Positions 8,440 to 16,499 are shown, numbered from the stretch's first letter. The stretch is DNA of 34,611 bases from Candidatus Micrarchaeota archaeon (GCA_964479815.1 CAYZNP010000001.1:1-34611); one strand, 5' to 3'. Program-made: numbers and translations. The notes: generated from the letters alone by a model not told the origin.

Positions 8440-9445
8440 GGACCTTATGCTGCTGACCGGCGCGCACCCAGTGCACCGCCGTTTCGGAGAGTCATGCAAC
8501 GCGAGCTATAAGCTAAGGATCTTGGCTGCCAAAAGCCAGCCCGCGCCGCTCAAGGCCCTGAACCTCCTGCGCTCGTCGCTTTCAGTGCCGGCCGGCTACG
8601 ACTACGTCGTCTGCGAGTCATGCTACTACTACCCTGCGCTGAAAAGGCGCATTGGCCTTCTTGGAAAGAGCAAAATAATCAACATGAGCTGCGGCCCCTT
8701 GTTCTACCATCTCGTGAGCGGCCGCATATCAGGCCTGGAGCGCAGGATGCTGCTCAGCCTGCTAAAGGATGTGGACGGCCATCTTGTCTACGGCACCTAC
8801 GGAATGGAGCTTCTCGCACGCCTTAAGCAGCCGAAGCCAGCAGGCATAATCTACCCGTTCGTGAGCGATGCTTCAATGGCAGCGCTGTCCAAGGTGAAGC
8901 CTGCCCTTCAGTCGCATTCAATAGCGATCATCGCCACCAGCGACCCGTACAACAAAGGGCTAGACGTTCTTTTCTCTGCCATGAAGACCGTCCGTGCGCA
9001 TTACGGTGATGCGGAGCTGGAGATAATCACCCGCATGGAGCCAGGCGGAATCGAAGCCGTGGCCGGCTTCAACCCCTCTTTCATGACCGTAAGCCGGCAC
9101 GTGCCTTCCGTCGCCGACGTCCTCGCCCGCTCTGCACTTTACGTGCAGCCTACCCGCGGAGACATGTTCCCTGTGGCATGCGTCGAGGCCATGGCCGCAG
9201 GCGTGCCGTGCATCGTGTCGGACGAGAACGGCATGAAGGAGTTCACAGCGAAAATAGACCAGGGCCTGGTGGTGCCGGTTAATTCGGAGGAGCTAGCTGG
9301 CGCAATAACCAAATATTTTGGCAAATCTCAGAAGGAAAAGAAGGCATTTTCTGATGAATCGCGCAAGGCCGCCTCGTTCTTCAACGAAAAAGACATGGTC
9401 GCACGCTTCAAAAATGAATTAGCAAAACTCGAAAAGCGCATCTGA
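8432..9445 (+). CDS. Glycosyltransferase family 4 (GT-B, Glycos_transf_1 type)
   Basis: The C-terminal domain has LYVQPTRGDMFPVACVEAMAAGVPCIVSDENGMKEF, the EX7E-type GT4 signature. The N-terminal domain is atypical. 8-nt overlap with the upstream gene. Confidence 0.7.
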   Translation: MARDLMLLTGAHPVHRRFGESCNASYKLRILAAKSQPAPLKALNLLRSSLSVPAGYDYVVCESCYYYPALKRRIGLLGKSKIINMSCGPLFYHLVSGRISGLERRMLLSLLKDVDGHLVYGTYGMELLARLKQPKPAGIIYPFVSDASMAALSKVKPALQSHSIAIIATSDPYNKGLDVLFSAMKTVRAHYGDAELEIITRMEPGGIEAVAGFNPSFMTVSRHVPSVADVLARSALYVQPTRGDMFPVACVEAMAAGVPCIVSDENGMKEFTAKIDQGLVVPVNSEELAGAITKYFGKSQKEKKAFSDESRKAASFFNEKDMVARFKNELAKLEKRI

Positions 9446-9467
9446 GCCTGATTGAATGGGCGGATCA

Positions 9468-10376
9468 CTACAGCATCTGCCCTATGCTCTCCGCAAAGCT
9501 TATCCTGGGTTTCCAGTCGGTATCCTTGGTTATCTTCGCCGTGCTGCCGTACACGTCCGGCACCTCTTTTTTCCTGATGCGTGCCGGATCGGTTTTTATC
9601 TCGGCGCGGACTCCGGTCTGCTTCATCATGAGCTCCAGCAGTTCGCCCAGCCTGTGCGATTTGCCTGAGCAGACGTTGTAGATTTCGCCCGGTCTGCCCT
9701 TCTCTGCGATTGCAAGGAAGGCGCGCGAAGCGTCCTCTATGTCTACGAAATCGCGTTTCGCTTCAAGGTTGCCCACGAGTATCGGGCCCTGCCGTTTTCC
9801 GTTCGCTATTTCCGCCACCTGCCTTGCGAATGAGCCAGGAGCCATGGTTTCGGACACTCCGCGGCCGAGCGGGTTGAACAATCTTCCAATCGTCACATTG
9901 CAGCCCAGCTGCGCGTAGCCGGCGGCTATGGCTGTCCGTGCGGCCATCGATATCCCGTAGGGGGTTACGGGCTTGGGAGCCCTGGTTTCCCTGAGCGGCA
10001 GTTCCTTCGCATCAGCAGCGCCGTATTCTGCAGCAGAGCCTACCACGAAAACCTTCGGCTTCTTATCCAGCTTCAGCGCAGCCTCAAGCACCGCCACCGT
10101 AGTCTGGATATTCGCCCTCAACAGGTCGTTCCAGTCAGAAGAGCCTGGCGCGCCTGCGAAGTGGAATATGAAATCCGGCCTGACGTCAGCGACGAGCGCT
10201 GCGGCGGCCGCAAAGTCAGCAAGGTCAGTTTTACGGTACTCGAATCCCTGCGCTCCCAGCGTGCAGTCGCCCAGCCCTGCGCCAACTATGCGCGAGCCGG
10301 GCCTTTCCTTCGCCAGCAGTTCCACAAAGTTCCTGCCGACGAACCCGCATGCGCCGGTGACAAGATAATCAGCCAT
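9468..10376 (-). CDS. NDP-4-keto-6-deoxy-sugar reductase, Rmd-like (extended SDR)
   Basis: VTGACGFVGRN, a PYGISMAA-type YxxxK region, and VGNLEAKRDFVDIEDASRAF, which resembles the GDP-6-deoxy-D-mannose reductase family motif. Last gene of a three-gene minus-strand operon. Confidence 0.6.
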   Translation of the reverse strand: MADYLVTGACGFVGRNFVELLAKERPGSRIVGAGLGDCTLGAQGFEYRKTDLADFAAAAALVADVRPDFIFHFAGAPGSSDWNDLLRANIQTTVAVLEAALKLDKKPKVFVVGSAAEYGAADAKELPLRETRAPKPVTPYGISMAARTAIAAGYAQLGCNVTIGRLFNPLGRGVSETMAPGSFARQVAEIANGKRQGPILVGNLEAKRDFVDIEDASRAFLAIAEKGRPGEIYNVCSGKSHRLGELLELMMKQTGVRAEIKTDPARIRKKEVPDVYGSTAKITKDTDWKPRISFAESIGQML

Positions 10377-11100
10377 CGAGATACTTCTCCGGGTGCTCTT
10401 CCATCTCCTTCTGTGCCAGTTCGTAGTCGTCCGGCCTGCCTATGTCCAGCCACTCGCACCTGTCCTTGAAGCAGCAGACCGTTTCGCCCTTCTTCTTCAG
10501 CCTGAGCATCAGGTCAGGCATGCCCAGCGCCTCGCCCCTCTTTATGCTGGCCAGCGCCTTCCGGCTGAGCACGTTCACGCCCATGCTGACAAGGAACGGC
10601 ATGGCCGGTTTCTCGACATAGTCCTGCAACGCCAGGTCCTTGCCAGCCGTTATGACCCCGTAGTCTATCTTCTGCACACGCTCGAATACGCCTATCGTCG
10701 CCACGGCTTTCTTCTCCTTGTGGAACTTCATGAGCTTCCCATAATCGAGCGTGGTCAATATATCGCCGTTCATCACGAGGAAATCATCTTCAAGGCGGAT
10801 GCCTGCGCCTTCCACGATGCCGAGCGCGCCGGCCGTGTTCAGCGGCTTCTCCTCGCGGACGTACCTTATCTTCACGCCCAGCTTTTCGCCGTTGCCGAAA
10901 TAAGCCTCTATCAGCCCTGCAAGATGGCCCGTGGACACGATTATGTCATTGAATCCTGCCTTCTTCAGCTGCCTGATGACGATTTCAAGTATGGGCCTCT
11001 CGCCCAGCGGGACGAGCGGCTTCGGGAACGTAGCCGTGTATGGCATCAGCCGTGTCCCTTTCCCGCCCGCCAGAAGTATCGCCTGCATAATATCACTCAT
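10369..11100 (-). CDS. Sugar-1-phosphate nucleotidyltransferase
   Basis: AILLAGGKGTRLMPYT...PKPLVPL motif. Same architecture as 2398..3096 (GNGEKLGVKIRY, NTAGALG). ATGA overlap with the dehydratase gene. Confidence 0.8.
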   Translation of the reverse strand: MSDIMQAILLAGGKGTRLMPYTATFPKPLVPLGERPILEIVIRQLKKAGFNDIIVSTGHLAGLIEAYFGNGEKLGVKIRYVREEKPLNTAGALGIVEGAGIRLEDDFLVMNGDILTTLDYGKLMKFHKEKKAVATIGVFERVQKIDYGVITAGKDLALQDYVEKPAMPFLVSMGVNVLSRKALASIKRGEALGMPDLMLRLKKKGETVCCFKDRCEWLDIGRPDDYELAQKEMEEHPEKYLDG

Positions 11101-12089
11101 ATGTTGTAGATGTCCGGCTTGTAGCGCGCCAAATTCGCCTTTATGTGCTCCACCGTCTCGGCCATGCCCTTCTCAAACGTGTATTCGGGCTTCCAGCCTG
11201 CGAGCTCAGCGATTTTTTTGTTGCCGCAGACGAGCCGCATGACCTCGCTCTTGCCAGGCCTCACGCGCTCCTTCTCCTTCACTATGGCTGCCTTGCTGCC
11301 CGTGAGCTTTTTAGCCAGCTCCACGACCTCGCCTATGGTCCTGCCCTGGCCGGTGCCCGAGTTGACCACTGTGCCGACCGTCTTCTGCGATTCAGCCACC
11401 TTGATGAACGCCCCTACCGTGTCCTTCACATAGGTGAAGTCCCTCACAGGCTCGAGCGAGCCGAGCGAAATCTCCTTTTTCCCTGCTGCCATCTGCGCTA
11501 TTATCGCCGGAATCACTGCGCGCGCGGACTGACGCGGCCCGAACGTATTGAACGGCCTTAGCGTAGCTACAGGCAGGTCGAAAGACGAGTAGAAACTCTC
11601 CGCGATCATGTCCGCGCCGATTTTGCTGGCGGAATAGGGCGATTGGCCCTGGAGGGGGTGGTTCTCGTCTATGGGCACGTATTTTGCCGTGCCGTAGACC
11701 TCGCTGGTGGATGTGTGCACGACCTTTGACACGTTTTCATCGCGGCACGCCTGCATCACGTTTAGCGTGCCGTTGACGTTCGTATCTACGAAGTCCCTGG
11801 GCGCTATGTAGGAGTATGGTATGGCTATGAGCGCAGCCAGATGGAAGACAGCGTCGCAGCCCTTCACGGTCCTGCGCACGAAGAACGGGTCGCGCACGTC
11901 GCCTGCGACTATGTCCAGCGCATTGCGTGTTTCCTTCGGCAGCAGCTCGAGGTTGCCCCAATGGTTGCCAGAATTGTAGTGTACCATCGCCCTGACGTCG
12001 GCACCCAGCCCCACGAGCTCTTCGGTGAGGTGGCTCCCTATGAAGCCGCCTGAGCCGGTGACCAGGACCTTTCTGGATTTCCAGTTCAT
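11097..12089 (-). CDS. NDP-sugar 4,6-dehydratase of the LegB-like SDR subfamily
   Basis: VTGSGGFIGSHLTEEL, then YNSGNHWGNLE, FHLAALIAIPYSY, STSEVYG, PYSASKIGADM, RPFNTFGPRQSARAVIP, and a C-terminal RYKPDIYNI. From memory this pattern matches the Campylobacter LegB (GDP-GlcNAc 4,6-dehydratase) family. The substrate is not determinable here. Confidence 0.7.
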   Translation of the reverse strand: MNWKSRKVLVTGSGGFIGSHLTEELVGLGADVRAMVHYNSGNHWGNLELLPKETRNALDIVAGDVRDPFFVRRTVKGCDAVFHLAALIAIPYSYIAPRDFVDTNVNGTLNVMQACRDENVSKVVHTSTSEVYGTAKYVPIDENHPLQGQSPYSASKIGADMIAESFYSSFDLPVATLRPFNTFGPRQSARAVIPAIIAQMAAGKKEISLGSLEPVRDFTYVKDTVGAFIKVAESQKTVGTVVNSGTGQGRTIGEVVELAKKLTGSKAAIVKEKERVRPGKSEVMRLVCGNKKIAELAGWKPEYTFEKGMAETVEHIKANLARYKPDIYNI

Positions 12090-12110
12090 GGTTTCTACTA
12101 TCCTCGTTAG

Positions 12111-12119
12111 TATTTAAAA
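12111..12119. promoter_or_regulatory. Single shared TATA element (TATTTAAAA) for two divergent leaderless genes
   Basis: Centred about 26 nt from the minus-strand ATG at 12089 and about 28 nt from the plus-strand ATG at 12143. The whole spacer is only 53 nt. Confidence 0.5.
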
Positions 12120-12142
12120 CAGCGAGCGGGCAAGTGTTTTCC

Positions 12143-12679
12143 ATGGAGAAACTGCGGATTGAAGGCCAGCGCATATGCCTGCGCCCAGTAGCGGTTTCCG
12201 ATGTGGACGGGCCCTACTGCGGCTGGATGAACGACCCTGCAGTCACGCGCTTCCTTGAAGCGCGCTTCTCGAAGAACGACAAGGCATCCCTGAAGAAATT
12301 CGTGCAGCGTGCGCTGGAAAACAAGGACATCGTCTTCCTCGCCATAGTCCTGAAGGACGGCAACAGGCACATCGGCAACATCAAACTCGGGCCGATAAAC
12401 CGGGAGCACGGCTACGGCGACGTCGGCATAATCATAGGAGAGAAGGACTGCTGGGGGAAGGGGTATGCCACCGAAGCCCTGAAGCTCCTGTCTGATTACG
12501 CCTTCCAGAAGCTCAAGCTTCACAAACTGACCGCAGGCTGCTATTCAAGCAACACCGCTTCGGCGAAGGCATTCCTCGCCGCTGGGTTCGACCAGGAAGG
12601 CATCAGGAAAAGCCACTACCTCTGCGAAGGAAAATACGTGGACGGGCTGCTTTTCGGGAAGGTCAATCTTTATATGTGA
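12143..12679 (+). CDS. GNAT-family N-acetyltransferase (RimJ/RimL-like)
   Basis: LRPVAVSDVDGPYCGWMNDPAVTRFL, then IGNIKLG...GDVGIIIGEKDCWGKGYATEALKLL and the CYSSNTASAKAFLAAGF motifs. The ATG at 12143 is preferred to the GTG at 12134 on promoter spacing. Confidence 0.75.
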   Translation: MEKLRIEGQRICLRPVAVSDVDGPYCGWMNDPAVTRFLEARFSKNDKASLKKFVQRALENKDIVFLAIVLKDGNRHIGNIKLGPINREHGYGDVGIIIGEKDCWGKGYATEALKLLSDYAFQKLKLHKLTAGCYSSNTASAKAFLAAGFDQEGIRKSHYLCEGKYVDGLLFGKVNLYM

Positions 12680-12819
12680 CCAGCTCGGCCGCCTTGCCGA
12701 CGCTCTTCGAGCAGAGCACGCCACATTTGCGGAACACCCTCTTTAGCCCTTCATCACCTTTGTATCCCTGGCCTCCATGATACTGAGCGCCGTGGAATCT
12801 ATGATTGCGCCGCCGCTGC

Positions 12820-13473
12820 CTAGCCAGTATTTTTTATCGCCACTATCCTGAGTTCTCTGTACCCAAGAATCGCGCCTGCAAGGAACGTGGCAAGCTCGTA
12901 AATTTTTGGATGGATCCTGGAAACGGGCAGCAATTTCTTTTTGCCCGTGGGTATGGACAATGTTTTGTTTTCCACGGGCCTGAACCCAGTTTTGCACAAC
13001 AGGTTGTTTATGGTCCTGAAAGTCCACGCGTAGAGGTGCTGGTGTGTATCCAAGTCGAACGAACTTCTCCCCTGGGCCTCGAGAGGTAGGACCAGGACTA
13101 CTCTGCCGCCCTTTTTCAATTTCCTGCCCATCTCACGCAGCGTGTCGAAAGGCCGGTCCACGTGCTCCAGGACATGAGAGCAGAGGATGATGTCAAGCGA
13201 ACCGTCTTCAATCTTATCCAGATCGCCCACCGTCGCTATGCCTTTGCTTCTGCAGAATTCAAGCGCATAGGACGAGATGTCATACCCAATGGCCCCCTCG
13301 GAGAGATAGATGTTCTGCCCGACACCGCACCCGTATTCCAGGATGCGGTCGCCGTTTTTTGCAATGCCAAGATATTCGCGTTTGGCCCTTTGCGCATCCA
13401 TCTCATAGATCAGAGTGTTTTTTATCCGCCCCTCGTGAACCTTGGCGTGATACTCCTCTTCGTAGCCAGCCAT
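12820..13473 (-). CDS. Class I SAM-dependent methyltransferase
   Basis: Motif I ILEYGCGVGQN and the post-I/II segment LDIILCSHVLEHVDRP. The track start at 13491 is TTG. The ATG at 13473 (MAGYEEEY) lies about 25 nt from a TATA box. Confidence 0.75.
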   Translation of the reverse strand: MAGYEEEYHAKVHEGRIKNTLIYEMDAQRAKREYLGIAKNGDRILEYGCGVGQNIYLSEGAIGYDISSYALEFCRSKGIATVGDLDKIEDGSLDIILCSHVLEHVDRPFDTLREMGRKLKKGGRVVLVLPLEAQGRSSFDLDTHQHLYAWTFRTINNLLCKTGFRPVENKTLSIPTGKKKLLPVSRIHPKIYELATFLAGAILGYRELRIVAIKNTG

Positions 13474-13494
13474 GTGAAAACGACGCACCAATCC

Positions 13495-13502
13495 TTTTTA
13501 TA
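13495..13502 (-). promoter_or_regulatory. TATA box (TATAAAAA on the minus strand) about 25 nt upstream of the ATG at 13473
   Basis: A/T-rich octamer with spacing that fits a leaderless transcript. Confidence 0.45.
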
Positions 13503-13561
13503 CCCATTCGCCCCCGTCCTACGCGAGGTTTCAGCGCATCAGGAAGCCGTCGCAGACCACG

Positions 13562-13570
13562 TTATTTAAA
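13562..13570 (+). promoter_or_regulatory. TATA box (TTATTTAAA) about 29 nt upstream of the ATG at 13595
   Basis: A/T-rich nonamer with spacing that fits a leaderless transcript. Confidence 0.45.
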
Positions 13571-13594
13571 CCATTCCGCTGCTATCAGAATCCT

Positions 13595-14581
13595 ATGAGC
13601 GGATTCTTTAGTCGTGCCACTTCCCTACTCTCAGACCCCCGCCTGCCGATTTACTATCCCTTCAACCGGACAAGGTGGGATTCCCTGAATCTGCGCATGG
13701 ACAAGGTGGAACTTGGCAGCCGCCCCGCACTGGACTTCCTCTTCACCGTCGATGTGGAAGATGATTACATAGAAGAAGGGGATGAACAACGCCGGAAGGC
13801 CGATTGTGTAATCCCCTACCTTAAGAAGGTGAAGGGATTTTTCGCGAATCAGGGCATCCGGGCCACGCTTTTCGTGCAGGGCAACCTGGTGGGCCGGGCT
13901 TCAGAGGAGCTTCACGGCCTCGGCAATGGCCATGAAATCGCCCTACATGGCTATGCCCATGAGCTGTGGGGCAGCTCTTGGTTCGTGAGGGCCCCGCCGC
14001 CTCCTCCGGAAGTGCGCAAAAGCGGCCTCACGAAATCACTCGCGGCTTTCGCGGATGTGGGCTTCCCACGGCCGCTCTCCTTCCGAGCCCCGCGGATGAT
14101 TCTGGACGACACCTCGTTAGGGCTGTTGAAAGCCACGGGCTTCACTGTAGATTCTTCATTCCCTTCCTATGCCGGAGGGACACCCGTCCTTGGCATGCGG
14201 CAGGGTGTTGCCGAAGTTCCGGTCTCTTTCGACCCCCGCCCCGCGTTCAGGCGCTCTCTGACCGCCAGGTACGCCATGTTCAACACGTGTAACATTGCCA
14301 CCGGCGCGTTCACCGATGGCATTGTAGCCGCAGCCATGCGGGTGGCGAGGGTGCAGGCGCTTTCAGGCCAGCGGCCGTTCATTGTTTCCTACAGCCACGA
14401 CTGGGAGTTCTTCAGGCCACCGGAGTGGGCCGACCCTACACAGTACGGATTTTCCTCCGATGATAACTTCAGGGTGTTGGCGGATGCGCTGGGCGCCCTC
14501 AGAAAGGCATTCTCATTGCGTTTTACCACGATGCAGGAATTCGTCCGCTCCCGGCTGCCCCTTCCTGGCGGCAGGGACTAA
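13595..14581 (+). CDS. Polysaccharide deacetylase family protein (CE4 / NodB-like)
   Basis: FTVDVEDDY (Asp-Asp metal/catalytic motif as in DVEDYF-type deacetylases) and IALHGYAHE (His-His motif). 328 aa. Confidence 0.6.
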   Translation: MSGFFSRATSLLSDPRLPIYYPFNRTRWDSLNLRMDKVELGSRPALDFLFTVDVEDDYIEEGDEQRRKADCVIPYLKKVKGFFANQGIRATLFVQGNLVGRASEELHGLGNGHEIALHGYAHELWGSSWFVRAPPPPPEVRKSGLTKSLAAFADVGFPRPLSFRAPRMILDDTSLGLLKATGFTVDSSFPSYAGGTPVLGMRQGVAEVPVSFDPRPAFRRSLTARYAMFNTCNIATGAFTDGIVAAAMRVARVQALSGQRPFIVSYSHDWEFFRPPEWADPTQYGFSSDDNFRVLADALGALRKAFSLRFTTMQEFVRSRLPLPGGRD

Positions 14582-14678
14582 AAACAGCATCGGAATTCCG
14601 GGGTGCGATGACAGGGCTGAAAAGAGCGTTCCGGGTGAGGTTCGCTACCCTGCCGAAGATCGCGATGCGGGAAGAATG

Positions 14679-14687
14679 ATATAAAAA
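14679..14687 (+). promoter_or_regulatory. TATA box (ATATAAAAA) about 27 nt upstream of the ATG at 14710
   Basis: A/T-rich element in the 128-nt spacer with leaderless-type spacing. Confidence 0.45.
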
Positions 14688-14709
14688 CATCTCTGCCCAA
14701 TAGCGTCTC

Positions 14710-15873
14710 ATGACAGAGGGACCGGAACGGTGCAGTGTTTACACCGCGTCCACCCCGCTCTTGGTCCTACTCGCCACGGGCACTGCCTCCTTCCAGGACA
14801 AGAACCGGATTAAATACCTCATCCTTCCCTTCGACTTCCGCGGTGCGGACCGATTCAGGGACGCGCTCGAGCGGTGGAAGGGCAATCCATTCTCCCGCAT
14901 ACTGCTCCTCGAAGGCCAATACGGCAAGGTTCAGGTGCGTTTCGGGGCGATACGGCGGGCCGTCGCCAGCAGGAAGAACATAGGCGCGCTGAGGGCTTTT
15001 TTCGCAAGCGAGCCCACGCTTGCGCAGGGCTTCGATGCCTTCATATCCGCGGTGGAAAAACCCGAGGGGCAGTTCATAGGCCACGTGAACCGGCAGCGGG
15101 GAGGCACCAACTATCATCTGGGCGGCATGGGCGCCTACCTGTCCGATTACCTTGTCGAGTCCCGCTGGCGGACACTGCTGAAGAAAGCTATCTACGGCCC
15201 CTGGTATTCCCATGCGCCTTCCTACCCTGACTACGCGTATATAGACAAGCTCGTCATCATACGCCCGGACCTGGTTGCGAAAGGCGCGCTGGGCAAGGGC
15301 GCGGCCGGAAAGGAGGTGGTCCCGCTCCCGCAGGACCTGTTCGTCCGCCTTGCTGGTGCAGGGCTCGCCGCCGAAATCCTGAAGGAATGGGGTATCGGCC
15401 GGCTTCCAGAATGGGACGTGTTCATAATTGCGCCGCTGTCCGAGATGAATGCGCAGCTGGGGGGCGTGGAAAGGCTGAAGGCCCTTTTCGGCCGGCTGCT
15501 TGACGCGCTTGGAAAAAGCGGCAGGCGGACGCTGTTCAAATACCACCCGAGAGAGGAGCTCGGCGACTTTCTGGGCGCTGAGGGGAGGCCGGGCGTGAGC
15601 ATGGCGCCAGCGGCCATACCCTCCGAGATACTGTGCATGTGCAGCAGGTCCGGCAGGGGGAAGACGGCGGTGAGCGACGTCTCAACAGCGCTGTTCCTTT
15701 TCAAGCTCATGAATCCTGAAGCCGTGGCAATATCCATAATGGGCGTCCTCGGTTACCAGTACGCCGAAACCGAGGAAGTCTTCCTCAGCTGCGGCATACT
15801 GATACCAAAGACCATGGAAGAGCTGGAAGCCCTTGCCGTGCGGCAGGAAAAGCGGCCCGCTAGAGCCCGTTGA
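14710..15873 (+). CDS. Uncharacterised 387-aa protein; candidate CMP-sugar-dependent (sialyltransferase-like) glycosyltransferase
   Basis: No classical GT2/GT4 motifs. The N-terminus VYTASTPLLVLLATG, the segment FIIAPLSE, then LFKYHPREE and AIPSEIL recall the HP-motif region shared by bacterial sialyl/Kdo transferases (GT38/GT52/GT80 type). This is recognition by eye only. Confidence 0.35.
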   Translation: MTEGPERCSVYTASTPLLVLLATGTASFQDKNRIKYLILPFDFRGADRFRDALERWKGNPFSRILLLEGQYGKVQVRFGAIRRAVASRKNIGALRAFFASEPTLAQGFDAFISAVEKPEGQFIGHVNRQRGGTNYHLGGMGAYLSDYLVESRWRTLLKKAIYGPWYSHAPSYPDYAYIDKLVIIRPDLVAKGALGKGAAGKEVVPLPQDLFVRLAGAGLAAEILKEWGIGRLPEWDVFIIAPLSEMNAQLGGVERLKALFGRLLDALGKSGRRTLFKYHPREELGDFLGAEGRPGVSMAPAAIPSEILCMCSRSGRGKTAVSDVSTALFLFKLMNPEAVAISIMGVLGYQYAETEEVFLSCGILIPKTMEELEALAVRQEKRPARAR

Positions 15874-16438
15874 AGCGCACGACGTCCTTCAGCCTTCTTT
15901 TTGGCACCATGAGGGTTCTCCCTTCCAGGAAATATGCGGTGCTGCCGCCTGGCCCGCCCATGTCTAATGCCTTCGATTTCCAGGCAGGATAGCCGAGCGC
16001 CACCGCCAGGGTGAATGCGTAACGGCTGCCAGTCCCAAGCAGCTCCGCAGCCTTCCGGCCGTCTGCCACTGCCAGACAGCACGAACCAAGGCCGGACGCG
16101 GTGGCAGCAATCATGATGCTCTGGGCCGCAAGGCCTGCGTCGTATTCGTAGCCTGACTGCCTTATCTCCCTGTCTGCGAGTATGAAAATGTATGCCGCAG
16201 GCGCCTTTCCAGGCGGCTGCTTCCAGCCTGGCAGCCTGGCCGCCCACCTGAACGCGGCGCCTGCCTTCGTTGCCAGTTCAGGGTCGTCCACGACGAGGAA
16301 GACTAGCGGCTGGAGGTTGGCTGCGGTTGGCGCGAGCCGCCCTGCATCACATACTCTTCCCAGCACCTTCCTGGTGATTTTGCGCGCTGTAAATTCGCGT
16401 ATGGCCCTTCTCCTGATTATCGCGTCATAGGCGTCCAT
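15860..16438 (-). CDS. Nitroreductase-family flavoprotein
   Basis: RRRAIREFTARKI...L..V.DAGRLAPTAANLQPLVFLVV is the typical nitroreductase N-terminal signature. 192 aa. It overlaps the convergent gene by 14 nt. Confidence 0.8.
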   Translation of the reverse strand: MDAYDAIIRRRAIREFTARKITRKVLGRVCDAGRLAPTAANLQPLVFLVVDDPELATKAGAAFRWAARLPGWKQPPGKAPAAYIFILADREIRQSGYEYDAGLAAQSIMIAATASGLGSCCLAVADGRKAAELLGTGSRYAFTLAVALGYPAWKSKALDMGGPGGSTAYFLEGRTLMVPKRRLKDVVRFNGL

Positions 16439-16452
16439 GGCAGCCCCTGTCT

Positions 16453-16499
16453 CTTTAAGAATAGCACTTTTAAATATACCTTCACCTCATATATACACG
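16453..16499. promoter_or_regulatory. Divergent promoter region with several TATA-like elements (CTTTAAGAATAG, CTTTTAAATATA, CATATATACAC)
   Basis: A/T-rich cluster between the nitroreductase ATG (16438) and the TTG start at 16571. Assigning individual boxes to strands is uncertain. The plus-strand unit appears to have a real 5' leader ending in GAGAGGT (16556-16563). Confidence 0.35.

Noticed and set aside
9468-12089. Annotating the minus-strand trio as a legionaminic acid (LegB/PtmE) pathway.
   Set aside because: Only the dehydratase resembles a Leg enzyme. LegC, LegH and LegG equivalents are absent, and the third gene looks like a 4-reductase, so a 6-deoxy-sugar branch is the more conservative reading.
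14582-14709. GGTTCG-containing segment, checked as a possible tRNA T-arm or small RNA.
   Set aside because: The flanking bases do not form a 5-bp T-stem, and no acceptor or anticodon arms could be built. The region is better explained as a promoter-containing spacer.
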